A DNA stretch of 63,489 nt, the filler included, from Octopus bimaculoides (Eukaryota): assembly GCF_001194135.2 (NCBI RefSeq). It is 4 parts of 3 records of this genome, joined end to end, with 100 filler letters (N's around TTAATTAATTAA, not from the genome) between each part and the next. Parts side by side here need not be neighbours in the genome. Positions count along the whole stretch, not along the records: positions 1 to 27,240 come from NC_068982.1; 3 more parts are not named here. One strand, given 5' to 3'. This document shows, piece after piece, positions 12,839-23,974 of the stretch. A program made the position numbers and the translations under genes. Each line of letters starts with the position of its first letter. Position 1 is the first letter of the stretch. The notes beneath the pieces were generated by a model. The model did no database searches. It was given only the letters and a program-made list of their open reading frames with translations, and had not been told where the DNA came from.

Positions 12839-13299
12839 AATAGTCAAGACGAAGAGTGTGATTCGATTGTATATATGTTTTATTCTGTGAACAATATTTC
12901 GACAGAACGTCCGTCTTTCTCAAGTTCAAAACGAAAGGTGATTAAAATTCAAAATTTCAGAAATCCAAACGTTAAACTATGAACGAGAGTAACCAGCGTC
13001 CATACGTTGATGGAATGACATCATCAGTTTTTGTCAGTTTTTTAACAAGCAGTTAACTGCTTGTTAAACATTTCAGAAATCCAAACGTTAAACTATGAAC
13101 GAGACAAAAACTGATGATGTCATTCCATCGACGTATGGACGCTGGTTACTCTCGTTCATAGTTTAACGTTTGGATTTCTGAAATTTTGAATTTTAATCAC
13201 CTTTTGTTTTGAACTTGAGATAGACAGACGTTCTGTCGAAATATTGTTCAAAGAATAAAACATCTATACAATCGAATCGCACTCTTCGTTTTGACTATT
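12839..13299. repeat. Long inverted repeat (2 x 197 bp, 67-bp spacer)
   Basis: Arms 12839-13035 and 13103-13299 differ by 8 substitutions by my count. The spacer holds a perfect 28-bp palindrome (13041-13068), and 13070-13104 is a 35-bp direct copy of 12954-12988. Confidence 0.95.
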
Positions 13300-13349
13300 A
13301 TTATTATCATTATCATCATTATTATTTTTTTTTTTATTATTATTTTAAT

Positions 13350-13617
13350 TTTATGTTTGACTTTTGTTTTGCATTTGTACAAGTTGGATCCAAGTCTCAC
13401 CCAGAGACCTCAAGAGACAACAAGTTAGAAGTTCATGTAGGTGTTATGCCTAGGGTACCATATATTTGGACTGGTACAGTTTTGTTCAAGTGAATGTTTA
13501 AGAAACCATAAGAAAATTATGTGTTTGCTTTAAAATTTGAGATCACATAGACAGTATTTTACGTAGGATATGGGCAGTTCCCATGAGCACTATCTTTTGA
13601 ACTTCAGTCATTTTTTT
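13350..13617 (-). mobile_element. 3' tip of an R4/Dong-like element
   Basis: EVQKIVLMGTAHILRKILSM* plus a 3'UTR sharing CTCTGGGTGAGACTTGGA..AACTTGTACAAAT with 11273-11321 and 17389-17440. AAT-rich runs lie on the element strand at both ends. Confidence 0.8.
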
Positions 13618-13618
13618 A

Positions 13619-13663
<45 letters not shown>

Positions 13664-13682
13664 ATTATTATTATTATTATTA

Positions 13683-13720
<38 letters not shown>

Positions 13721-14140
13721 ATTATTATTATTAACAATATTATTATCATCAATATCATTATTATTATTATTATCATTATCATTATATACGTCGCACACCA
13801 TACGATATCGTGAATTTGTTGACTGAAGATATCGTGTCTACCGGGGGTTTGTAATGTTTGTGAAGTCACAAGAAGGACCTCGAACAGGCAGTACTTTACG
13901 CAATATACAGGCAGTTCCAAGCAATGCTGACTTTTGTAATACACTTAGATTGTAGGGTATTTTATAAAGGTTTCAGATGTTTTTTTCAGATTAGGTGGTA
14001 TTGAACCCAATATTCCGATGACAATAGGCATAACATTTATGCTTGACTCTCGTAGCTGCTACATCTTTGCGATCTCAATTCTCAGATATCCATATCTATC
14101 AACTTTTTCTCTTTCTTTCATATATTGATCTCCTGGCAGT

Positions 14141-14246
14141 CTTTCTTCTTCTTCTTCTTCTTCTTCTTCTTCTTCTTCTTCTTCTTCTTCTTCTTCTTCT
14201 TCTTCTTCTTCTTCTTCTTCTTCTTCTTCTTCTTCTTCTTCTTCTT
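14141..14246. repeat. (CTT)n microsatellite
   Basis: Read directly; another copy lies at about 55085-55148. Confidence 0.95.
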
Positions 14247-14304
14247 NNNNNNNNNNNNNNNNNNNNNNNNNNNNNNNNNNNNNNNNNNNNNNNNNNNNNN
14301 NNNN

Positions 14305-14378
<74 letters not shown>

Positions 14379-14499
14379 TGACTGCTATTGATATTGTCGA
14401 CATTAAAAATAGAAGCCAAAATTTTAACAAGTGACATGAGTACTTAACAAGCGATTCTGCAAATACAGCCAAGGAAGATATTTACAAATTTTAAAACTA

Positions 14500-16040
14500 T
14501 TCCAATCAGAAGATAAACATTCTGGGTGAACAACTTAAGTTCTCTCCTGGCGCTAGCACCTTTATCAGGCATGTCAATCGAGATATGACTATGACTTGGA
14601 GATGAGCACTACGGTAGAACAGTTAACACTTTTATTCTTTGTATAAAGATCTCTTGAATGTGTATACTTCGCATGATACGGAACTAAAACTGATGCTTCA
14701 GACAGTACATGGTGTTTATTAGAGAGGCTGCTATGAGATTTATATTAGTAAAATGTCCCAAGGCAAATTTGCTGAATGAAAAATTAATCAAGAACAGAGA
14801 TAAGAAAATTGGAAAAAACACTGACATAATTACTTAAGAATCTCTTAATGAGAGAATGTGCAATACATGTAAATGAAAGTAAAGCTTAAAAAGTAATATT
14901 AGAAACGTAGTAGAGTGATGCATAAGCAACTAAATAGAAGAGAAAATGAGGTTGCAACTATGACTGCTCTGCCTGTGCCAGTAATCAAGTATGGATTTAT
15001 TCTTAGTTTTGATCCTAAAAGAACCAGTAACACTAGGCCGTGAGTAAATTCAAGATGTTATTTAAAATACAACAAACTGATTACATTTACTGCAAATAAA
15101 CGTGAACAATGATCTTCGATAACTAGATAATTATTATAAAATAACCACTATAGAAAGTTTTAAAATATTTAGCCAGAAATCATTGAAAACTAATCCAAAT
15201 AAGAAAATCATGTAATAGAGATAATAAAATAGCAGTTTTAAAGGAAAGTAATGTTGCTTAAAATGCTAACAGCTATGCTAAAAGTAGAGCCATGGAGAAT
15301 AGACACGGGTTACAATGTAGTCAGAAAAGTCTCTATATGGTCAATATCTTAAGAACGAAAGTTGAGGCTGGCAGAGAAGCTCTATACACAAAACTGAGGC
15401 TAAACAAATCTTACTTACAGAGTAAATTCAAAAAAACCTTTTCATCGGAAACTACTAAATGACTGCAACGAAGTAGAACATATTAATTGCAGAATATGAG
15501 CGTGTGAAACACGAACGTTGAAATATGATTTTTCTACTCTTGTTGCTTTTGCGGAAAGATTACACCTCTTCTGGCAGGACATTGTTAAGGTTTACATACC
15601 AGAGAACTAATCTAAACTTCACAAGATATCAAATGGAATGAAGTAGTATAAAGCCTCAGAGAATGACAAAGTAACCATGCTCTAAGATATGCCAATAATG
15701 ACACAGATAAAGTCATCAATGGTAACTACCGAATAATTATGTCATACGCTTCTAGAAAATAATGTATTTCTCAATGACCTAACAGTTTCAATAGCCAATA
15801 TGCCCACCAATGAAAGAAATGAAGACGTTTTACAAATATAGACATTGGGAAACATAGATAAGAGTATGGTAACTGAAAACAGTATCCCTTCCTACCTTTA
15901 TATGTGGGGTATTTTCAAAATAATTAAAACTCACATAGACAAATTGACAGGGCTTGCAAAATATTCAAAATTTAAAGAATATTGCAGTATTGGGAAATGG
16001 ACTCATTATACAGAATATTGTTTATGGTAAATAAACTACA
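14500..16040 (+). mobile_element. Heavily degraded R4/Dong-like RLE retrotransposon remnant
   Basis: Patchy motifs ENDKVTML*DMP (about 15660) and IKTHIDKLTGLAKYSK (about 15920) with many stops. Boundaries are approximate. Confidence 0.5.
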
Positions 16041-16127
16041 AAACCAAAAGAAAAGTTGTTCTTCATGAAGTCCACAGGGTCACCAATGCTATTGCAAATG
16101 GTACACATAACGCAGATATGGCACATG

Positions 16128-16200
<73 letters not shown>

Positions 16201-16203
<3 letters not shown>

Positions 16204-17215
16204 CCGATTAATAATAATAATGCCAACCCAAAATGCCGATTTTGTAACGATGCAATTGAAACTATAGACCACCTAATCTCAGGGTGTAGAGTCTTAGCAC
16301 CTGTAGAATATAAAGCAAGACATGACAGAGGTGGCCAGTATTTACACTGGACAATATGTCAGCATTATAAGATCAAAACCGCTGACACATGGTATAAACA
16401 CCATCCTGAAGCTGTGACTGAGGGAGAAAATGTATCGATTCTCTGGGACTTCCCCGTACATGCCGACAAGACTATAAAAGCTAATAAATCGGATATTATT
16501 ATAAAAGATCAGACAAAGAAGACGTGTTTATTAATTGACATGAGTATTCCCTCTGNNNNNNNNNNNNNNNNNNNNNNNNNNNNNNNNNNNNNNNNNNNNN
16601 NNNNNNNNNNNNNNNNNNNNNNNNNNNNNNNNNNNNNNNNNNNNNNNNNNNNNNNNNNNNNNNNNNNNNNNNNNNNNNNNNNNNNNNNNNNNNNNNNNNN
16701 NNNNNNNNNNNNNNNNNNNNNNNNNNNNNNNNNNNNNNNNNNNNNNNNNNNNNNNNNNNNNNNNNNNNNNNNNNNNNNNNNNNNNNNNNNNNNNNNNNNN
16801 NNNNNNNNNNNNNNNNNNNNNNNNNNNNNNNNNNNNNNNNNNNNNNNNNNNNNNNNNNNNNNNNNNNNNNNNNNNNNNNNNNNNNNNNNNNNNNNNNNNN
16901 NNNNNNNNNNNNNNNNNNNNNNNNNNNNNNNNNNNNNNNNNNNNNNNNNNNNNNNNNNNNNNNNNNNNNNNNNNNNNNNNNNNNNNNNNNNNNNNNNNNN
17001 NNNNNNNNNNNNNNNNNNNNNNNNNNNNNNNNNNNNNNNNNNNNNNNNNNNNNNNNNNNNNNNNNNNNNNNNNNNNNNNNNNNNNNNNNNNNNNNNNNNN
17101 NNNNNNNNNNNNNNNNNNNNNNGAATGCATATAATGAGGTTCTCTGCCCTAGGTGTACGGAAAACACTCGGCGAGAAATGGAAGAAAATTTGAAGAAAGA
17201 AGAAAAAAAGAACAT
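16201..17215 (+). mobile_element. R4/Dong-like RLE retrotransposon fragment, middle in an N gap
   Basis: CRFCNDAIETIDHLISGCRVLAPVEYKARHD...WDFPVHADKTIKAN.SDIIIKD...CLLIDMSIP (CCHC knuckle plus RLE). Probable 3'UTR after the gap (17123-17215) ends in (AAT)n; also preceded by (AAT)n. Confidence 0.88.
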
Positions 17216-17237
17216 AATAATAATAATAATAATAATG

Positions 17238-17316
<79 letters not shown>

Positions 17317-17456
17317 GATGATGATGAAAAGTAAGAAGAAGAAGAAGAACAACAACAACAGCAACAACAACAACTTGAACCTTCTATCTTGTCTCTTGAC
17401 GTCTCTGGGTGAGACTTGGAGTCAACTTGTACAAATACAAAGCAAATGTCAAACAT

Positions 17457-18158
17457 ACAAGACCAAAGCCTCCCCACCAGAAATTGCCACAAACATATAA
17501 TGAAAAGAAACATAAGTAACTGCAGAATATGTGAAGATGGAGAAGAAACAATAAATCATATTATCTCTGGCTGCCCAGTCCTGGCTAAGAAGGAATATAT
17601 TCACAGACATGACAGAGCTGGGACCTATATACACTGGAAGCTATGCCAACATTATGGAATAACAACAGAAAAAAGATGGTATAAACACACGCCAGAAAAT
17701 GTCACAGAAAACGAGAAAGCAACCATACTCTGGGATATGCCAATACACACAGATAGAGAAATTATGGCCAATAGAAAAACAATGCTTTCTGATTGATGTA
17801 TCAATACCAGCAAATGACAACGTTTCCCTAAAAGAAATGGAGAAACTTACAAAATACAAAGACCTGGAAATAGAGGTTACTCGAATGTGGAATCTAAAAA
17901 CAGAAACAATTCTTATCATAGTAGGTGCCTTAGGTATAATAAAAGAAAATTCAGACAAATACATAACAAAAATACAAGGACATACAAATATATATAACAT
18001 ACAGAAAAATGCACTACTGAGCACTGCACACATCCTACGCAAAACACTTTCAATATAGTAACCATAAGAGCATTACAGCAAACCACAGCACGTACACAAG
18101 GCACATAGAGCTGCGCTCGGTAGTGAAATGAAAGCACGTTATAAAAATAAAACTACTG
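17457..18158 (+). mobile_element. Best-preserved R4/Dong-like RLE retrotransposon 3' fragment
   Basis: QDQSLPTRN...CRICEDGEETINHIISGCPVLAKKEYIHRHD...LWDMPIHTDREIMANR, a frameshift, then CFLIDVSIP...KYKDLEIEVTRMW...TAHILRKTLSI*. The 3'UTR ends ACTACTG|(AAT)n. Confidence 0.92.
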
Positions 18159-18177
18159 AATAATAATAATAATAATG

Positions 18178-18238
<61 letters not shown>

Positions 18239-18429
18239 TGATGATGATGATGAGGATGAGGATGATGATGATGATGATGTTAGGAACAATGTCAATATTT
18301 TTGAAGGGAAGGGATTAATCAATACCATTGAGCCAAATACTTTATGGGAACTTAGTATTATCGACCTTGAAAGGAAAGAAAACAAAGTTTATTTCAGGAA
18401 CACCAGTTAATGCTCCTTGCAGTTTAATG

Positions 18430-18662
18430 GTTCGATACACTCCTATATGCAAATTGATAGGCAAAGTGAGATTTTCATTATCCATGCAGATATTGTTATC
18501 AAAGATTCAGGAGGTCAAACACCACCCAATTGATGTACTAATCCAAAAACGACATTATCTCACTGTAAGAAATAGCGTATTTTTCAAAATTCTATTACAA
18601 TTCAGCAATAGAGTAAAGACTAAATGTAAAAATTACCCCCATAATAATCGGTGCCTTGCCAA
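18430..18662 (+). mobile_element. Degraded RLE endonuclease remnant
   Basis: Frameshifted DIVIKD, IDVLI and KITPIIIGAL motifs, in the same order as in the intact fragment. Confidence 0.5.
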
Positions 18663-20350
18663 TGAGTCTCTTCCTCGCCTTAGTTGTTGCTGATGCTTTA
18701 TTATTCCTCAAGATGGAAACGTTTCCCTGCTTTCTCAATTTAAGAGTTTCTCATTTCAGCGGGCCTTAAAAACATGCCAGCTAAGACGATATTTAGAAAG
18801 TAGTCGTGATATCCATACACGATAGGGAGATAACTTCTAATAAAACAGAAAAAAATACGAAACTAAAACCGTTAGACGTACTTAAGAGTGAAGGAGAAAG
18901 CATGCAATAGTCACAAGACAAATGACATAATAATAATAATACTTTCAGACATGTAACAAAAACGATGACGCATCAGCTTTGATAAGTGATGCGTTATCGT
19001 TTCTGTTAAGAATTAGGGTAACTGTAATGATAAAAAAAAAACGAAGTCTACTGTTAACAAGTCGGCTCCGCAAAAGCGTGGTTCATAGTTTAATCAGCGT
19101 GTGTAGAAACAGAATGCAAGGAAGATTATTTTATGTTAGTGCATGCATGTGTGTGTGTACCTGGGTGCACATTGAACGACATGCCATGAGAAAGTTGTTC
19201 TTCATTGAGTTGCACACATATCTTTGTCACTCTCGCCAATGGAAAACTCTAAGCAGTGCCGCTTTTCTTTCTTTTTATCTTAAATACAAGGAAATAAATG
19301 TCACAATCTGTCATAACTGTAAATGCAAAGACGTAAAAGCTTAGCACAAACAATAGACACATTACACAAAACCTCATCAACGTAAGCATATTGGCAGAGA
19401 AATAGAAAAATGTGGTTGTTCAACAGTGAAAACTGAGCAAAAGCAATAAAACCATAGCATATTTGCCGACAAACTCAGAGATAAATTTTCGCAACCGTAT
19501 CCGCTGTAGTTATTGTTAGAATCTGCTGACATAGAATGAGACAATGAGCGATTCTCTGTGCGGCTGTTTGAAATGCTGGAAATCGCCTCGACATCAACCC
19601 CAACCAAACCAAAAATCCTTAAAGAAGGAAACATACATGGGATAATGAAGGCTTGTTCGAAAATAAGATATGAAAATCACAACTGGAGTAAATTCTATCA
19701 AAGGTCTGCTCAGACAGAACTGGTGTAGAAGAAAATAACAAAATCAATAAAGATGCAAAGGAATAGACTTGACTGTGAACAAGAGAAGGGGACGGAGGCG
19801 AGGAACATAAGGACAGAGATTTTGAGTAGGCGACGGTGACAAGGACAAAGACAAAGATGACGATGACGACGATGATGACGATGATGATAATTACGATGAT
19901 GCTGATGATAATCATACATAATTTCTTGGCGATCGTTTGTGTAACGACAATGACAGCATTAACAATTACCAAAAATTCAAATTTTACGCTCAAATATTTC
20001 TGCTACTTTCTGAAAGAATTTACCCAGCAGGTTATCGTTTTCAATGCATCAAGTAAAATTTGATATTGCTTTCTTTCAGCGGAGCAAACATAATAAATGT
20101 TTGAATCAAACACGATAGAGGATTTGACAAAGACACTTTCCTCGGTGACATTAGATGAAAGTATTAAATTGAACAGGTATTTCAAAAACTATGACAAAGA
20201 CAACTGTAATAAGTAGTTACTCGAGATATAGCCAGATTTCTCTCAAATCATACCCCATTCTTTTAATAAAGGGTGCTCTGGATATTCTAAACTGGAAAAA
20301 ATGAAGTTCATGAGATATTGAAGAAGCTAATGATGATGATGATGATGATA

Positions 20351-20414
<64 letters not shown>

Positions 20415-20746
20415 CGACGACGACAATGACGACGATGACGATTATGGTGGTGGTGTTGGTGGCGGTGGTAATAGTAGCGGTCAAGGTGATGTTGATTAGG
20501 ACGATGATGATGATGATGATGACGGTGATAAAACCTCCGTAGCGATAAGGATAATGATTTAAGTTGAAGAAGATCAAGTTGATGATGATGCTGATAAGGA
20601 CAATGGTTACAAGCGGTAACATGCATTGACATTACATTTGATGTTAACAACAGTATAGATGCAATCCTAATTGATTGAAACAGCGGTTAACATATGACCA
20701 ATTCAGAAAAAAAAAATATTGACGTAATTATGATCAGCATTATTAA

Positions 20747-20787
<41 letters not shown>

Positions 20788-20911
20788 CCACCACCACTAA
20801 AAGTATCATTATTATTATCATCATAATTTTCATCGTTGTAGTCAACATTTATCCTCTTCATCTTCATCATCCCTAATATCAACATCATCATCATCTTCAT
20901 AATCATCATCT

Positions 20912-20943
<32 letters not shown>

Positions 20944-20944
20944 G

Positions 20945-20975
<31 letters not shown>

Positions 20976-21419
20976 CATCGCTACTATTATCAACACAAAC
21001 GCCATCCTCATTACATCGATCATCATTTCCGCCTACGTTATCAAGATCCTCATTGTACATATTGACTGTTATTGGTTTCAATCATACGTCCAAATTAGAA
21101 GCCAGTAAACAGCAATAAACTGTAAGACACAGTACATGCCAGAAATGTACTCATTGAATTTTGACTTCTTTCTTTGAATATGAAATTTCTTGATAAACAT
21201 GCTTTCTATCAATGCGTTACCTATTGATCATATCCCACGTCGTACTTTCCATAAGAGTTCATCTATTACCCAGCTCTTGTAGCAAATCTCATTACTGTTT
21301 TCATTAACGAAGAGGAAAAACATAATGCACAATGAAGATATGATGATAATATCATTGAGATTGTCGTAATCATCGTCGTGATCTTCGTCGTCGTCGTCAT
21401 TATCACCATCACATTATCA

Positions 21420-21452
<33 letters not shown>

Positions 21453-21453
21453 T

Positions 21454-21485
<32 letters not shown>

Positions 21486-21594
21486 TTTCATTTTCATCAT
21501 CATCACCATCATCACGATGTTTATGTCGTGAATGAGAGAACACATGATATATATATATATATATATATATATGCATACATACAGATATACACAG

Positions 21595-21625
<31 letters not shown>

Positions 21626-21642
21626 CCTATGTGTGTGTGTGC

Positions 21643-21674
<32 letters not shown>

Positions 21675-21889
21675 ACGTATGCATATATATATATTTATAC
21701 ATGTACAAATGCATACATACGTAACTATATACACACATGCATGCATACATACGTACACATATACATACATAGATACGTACATACATACATACATACATAT
21801 ACGAGCAAATAGCCTTGAGAGAAATTGGTATGATCATGCAAGACTTCCATTATTTTTTAAAAATCGAGAGAAATAGTGTAGTGAATATG

Positions 21890-22145
21890 CCGTATAGAGA
21901 TTGAAAATTCAACGTTTCGAACAGACTCTTTCTTCAGGGAAAATTTTACGTAAGAGAAATTAATGAGACAACTAATTCTTACACCTTCAACATTTGAGAA
22001 AAATATATACAAAATTAGAAAATGTTGCAGTCAATATTTTTAACATAAAGGATGTAAAAGTTTGCTGATTCTCCTTATTTTCTCTGTAGTCAATTTCCAC
22101 TGGAAGATAGACTCTTCGAAATGTTGAACTTCTTACTCCTTACGG
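21890..22145. repeat. Diverged inverted repeat pair (arms about 85 bp) with hammerhead-like cores
   Basis: Left arm on minus: CCTGAAGAAAGAGTCTGTTCGAAACGTTGAATTTTC. Right arm on plus: CTGGAAGATAGACTCTTCGAAATGTTGAACTTC. Confidence 0.7.
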
Positions 22146-22861
22146 CTACAAACATGTTCTCATTGTAGAGTTTATATCTATTAAGAAATAGTTGATTTTT
22201 TTTCTCTCCCGATCTGTTGTCGAAGACGCAAGCAAGTGCATTTTCACAAATGATCGTTCAGGTAATAAAGAGTATACAAATGTACCCGATACACCGCTCA
22301 AATCATTCATCTACAAAATATTCCCTCAAAAAGAATTGAATTTTTTTCGTGTAACGATGGAATCAATCATGAAATCCTTCCTAACAGAAACACACACACA
22401 CAAATAGACATATAAACATACATGCATATATCCATATACCCACGCCCACACACACATGCACATCTCTATGTGTATGTGTGTCCGTGAATGTGTCATTAGA
22501 AGTAAAAATATCAGAGATTGTTACACTGGATATTTGGGGTCCGATCTTCAGAAAAATTTCAGCTTCGAATAAATATCAAATTTTAACATTTAATATTGAG
22601 AATTGACTTGTTTTCCTTTTCCTCATATATGTTTTTTTTTTTATATGAATATGAATCAACAGGGATCGCTCCATGGTATGTTTCTTATACAAAACCACTT
22701 CGTTTTAATAATGTATGTGAGGGCCAGGGTCCTGGAGACACAGGCATGATTCTGGAGGTAAAACAGGAGCTTGTGAACCTTTGACATTTGATTACTTAAA
22801 CCAATAACACCGAGAGGAAATATTTGCGCACATACACATACACACGTATAGACACACACAG

Positions 22862-22894
<33 letters not shown>

Positions 22895-23336
22895 TAGACA
22901 TACAAATACACACACACACACACATATATATATATACATATATATCATATTTACATACACGCATGAGACGCATAACACTTTCAGACGTCTATGTGTATAT
23001 ATATATATATATATANNNNNNNNNNNNNNNNNNNNNNNNNNNNNNNNNNNNNNNNNNNNNNNNNNNNNNNNNNNNNNNNNNNNNNNNNNNNNNNNNNNNN
23101 NNNNNNNNNNNNNNNNNNNNNNNNNNNNNNNNNNNNNNNNNNNNNNNNNNNNNNNNNNNNNNNNNNNNNNNNNNNNNNNNNNNNNNNNNNNNNNNNNNNN
23201 NNNNNNNNNNNNNNNNNNNNNNNNNNNNNNNNNNNNNNNNNNNNNNNNNNNNNNNNNNNNNNNNNNNNNNNNNNNNNNNNNNNNNNNNNNNNNNNNNNNN
23301 NNNNNNNNNNNNNNNNNNNNNNNNNNNNNNNNNNNN

Positions 23337-23367
<31 letters not shown>

Positions 23368-23663
23368 ATACATGTATATAATGTGTATATGGTAGTGTAT
23401 GTGTGTGTATATACTCTAACAGCGTTCACAAATTTTCAATACTTATCCAGGTGCCTCAGACGACGATATATTGAGAGTTACAAAATTGTTTATTTTATTT
23501 TTCTAACCATAATCTTTAAAACAAGTATTATCATCATTTGTCCGCGCTCAGATTCCTCATCATACAATTTCTTAAGATTGCTTTTTCCTCATTTCCCCCC
23601 TTTTCTCTTGCTTTTGCCAAGGTTACCAATACTTTCGTCGTAATCACTATGATTTGTATCATC

Positions 23664-23711
23664 ATCAGTCCCATCATGGCTATCAGTCCCATCATGGCTA
23701 TCAGTCCCATC
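23664..23711. repeat. 18-bp tandem repeat ATCAGTCCCATCATGGCT x2.7
   Basis: Read directly from the sequence. Confidence 0.9.
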
Positions 23712-23755
23712 AACGTTATCAAAATCATAATCATCATCAGCATCATCATCATCAG

Positions 23756-23802
<47 letters not shown>

Positions 23803-23915
23803 GGTGCGATAAACCAATCTGCAATAATAGAAACACCAACAATATAAACAATAATATTCTATCATCATCAACGTCGTCGTCATCGTCATCGTCGTCGTCA
23901 TCATCATCATCATCA

Positions 23916-23974
<59 letters not shown>

